Source: Patescibacteria group bacterium
GTDB lineage: Bacteria > Patescibacteriota > Doudnabacteria > UBA920 > O2-02-FULL-48-8
Direction of reading: 5' to 3'
Assembly: GCA_036278915.1 (NCBI GenBank)
Contig: DASUKB010000004.1
Span: forward strand, 73,441-137,440
Length of the DNA stretch: 64,000 bases
In this document: positions 63,263 to 64,000 of the stretch, piece after piece
Layout of the letters: each line of letters opens with the position of its first letter
Numbering within the stretch: the stretch's first letter is position 1
The notes under the pieces: generated by a model
Told to the model about the DNA's origin: nothing
The model's database searches: none
What the model saw: the letters and a program-made list of their open reading frames with translations, nothing else
Position numbers and translations under genes: made by a program

Positions 63263-64000
63263 TTATTGCGTGAGCGTGTAGAGTTTACCGTCGGAACTGT
63301 TTATAAAGCAGATGATCTGGCCGTCCATAAACACATTATGCGGATGCATAGTCGCCTCAAACGTGTAGACGAGTTGTTTTTGCAAAGTTGTTAGATCAAA
63401 TTTGTAAATTGAATCCGCCTGGCCGTCGTTTAGATCCACGTACAAATTTTCTCCTGTCGCGTCAGCAGCAGTCTGATCCAGAGTCGCAGCCAGTCCAAGA
63501 TCCGTGGCCTTGGAAGCAGAGGCATCGTAAAGCCAAAGGTCCGGGCCGGAGCTCGATATTTGAGTGTAAATAAATTTATTCGCTCCAATCCATTGCGCTT
63601 CCGTGTTTTTCCCGGCATCTACGATTGTGGTAAACGCTCCTGTGGTAAGATCAGCTTCGTAAATTTTGTTCGTGTCCTGGATTTGCCCACGCCAGAGCAG
63701 CGCATGCAGGCCGTCAGGCGAAACCTTAATTTGTAAATCCGGCCAAAATACCGTGCTCAGCGCTTTGTAGCCGCTTAAATCCGCATTGGCCACCATTAGT
63801 TGACTCTGTTTGCCGTCAGTGGATTCCCAAATGTAGGCTATGCGCTTGCCATCCGGCAAAAAATCAAAACTTTGAACATTGGCCGGGTACGTGATAAATT
63901 TTTTGGCGCTGCTGTCGTAAAATTTGCGTGAAGAGTCAGCTGTGGCATTGGCCATGGTTATAAAGCTATCACCGGCCGCGGGCCAGACTGCCTGGTGAAA
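63263..64000 (-). CDS. beta-propeller (TolB/PD40-like) protein, N-terminus outside window
   Basis: Repeated strand-turn motifs (DGKRIAY; SPDGLHALLW; DGKLYTL) typical of PD40/WD-like propellers. The frame stays open to the window edge upstream of the first ATG. Confidence 0.5.
   Translation of the reverse strand, partial: FHQAVWPAAGDSFITMANATADSSRKFYDSSAKKFITYPANVQSFDFLPDGKRIAYIWESTDGKQSQLMVANADLSGYKALSTVFWPDLQIKVSPDGLHALLWRGQIQDTNKIYEADLTTGAFTTIVDAGKNTEAQWIGANKFIYTQISSSGPDLWLYDASASKATDLGLAATLDQTAADATGENLYVDLNDGQADSIYKFDLTTLQKQLVYTFEATMHPHNVFMDGQIICFINSSDGKLYTLTQ

Noticed and set aside
1-64000. CRISPR arrays, rRNA genes, transposase/integrase genes
   Set aside because: No direct-repeat/spacer periodicity, no rRNA-like conserved blocks, and no recognisable transposase or recombinase ORFs were seen. 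The only nuclease of mobile type is the small GIY-YIG protein.

Overview
This 64 kb window appears to come from a small, compact bacterial genome with about 47% GC. The gene content, leaderless promoters and pilin-like proteins are consistent with a Patescibacteria/CPR-like organism, but that taxon call is inference only. It uses standard genetic code 11: TGA is used as a stop, as in miaA. There is no rRNA and no CRISPR array.

Housekeeping genes present:
- rsmH (partial) and mraZ
- rplL, rplJ, rpmG (L33), tsf, rpsB, rpmE (L31), rplY/ctc
- prfA and prmC
- ftsW/rodA, dnaE, thrS
- miaA, gatC, gatA, gatB, recX
- clpC-like, comFC
- an ECF sigma factor with a candidate anti-sigma factor
- recG, hup (HU), cspA, mltG, dedA
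- a two-component cluster of two histidine kinases plus a receiver
- eight tRNAs: Trp-CCA, Thr-GGU, Tyr-GUA, Thr-UGU, Ser-GCU, Ser-UGA, Arg-GCG, and a Trp pseudo-copy

Notable or accessory content:
1. A family of ~60-bp palindromic hairpin repeats, TGTCATCC...GAATGACA, with four copies. One copy sits in-frame inside miaA and a second supplies the miaA stop codon.
2. A second repeat family, TTAGAACTCC...GGGAGAGGG...CTGGGGGTGAGG, with three intergenic copies, plus a separate purine/pyrimidine palindrome embedded in-frame in thrS.
3. A GIY-YIG nuclease gene sandwiched between an intact tRNA-Trp and a rearranged tRNA-Trp pseudo-copy.
4. An adjacent mosaic-GC module of a P-loop kinase, a zinc deaminase and a small protein, separated by near-identical terminator/leader modules. 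This may be a nucleotide-manipulating defence or salvage module.
5. Two proteins sharing a C-terminal two-helix VirB2/TrbC-like (T4SS-pilin-like) domain. One is a gene inserted between gatA and gatB. The other ends a four-gene secreted-protein operon that also contains a prepilin-like protein and two paralogous proteins.
6. A GC-rich, probably horizontally acquired glycan locus with a GH6 cellulase, a GH8 glucanase, a dual-domain processive GT2 synthase and a polytopic membrane protein.
7. A T-box-like leader upstream of thrS.
8. Several leaderless promoters and structured intergenic regions.
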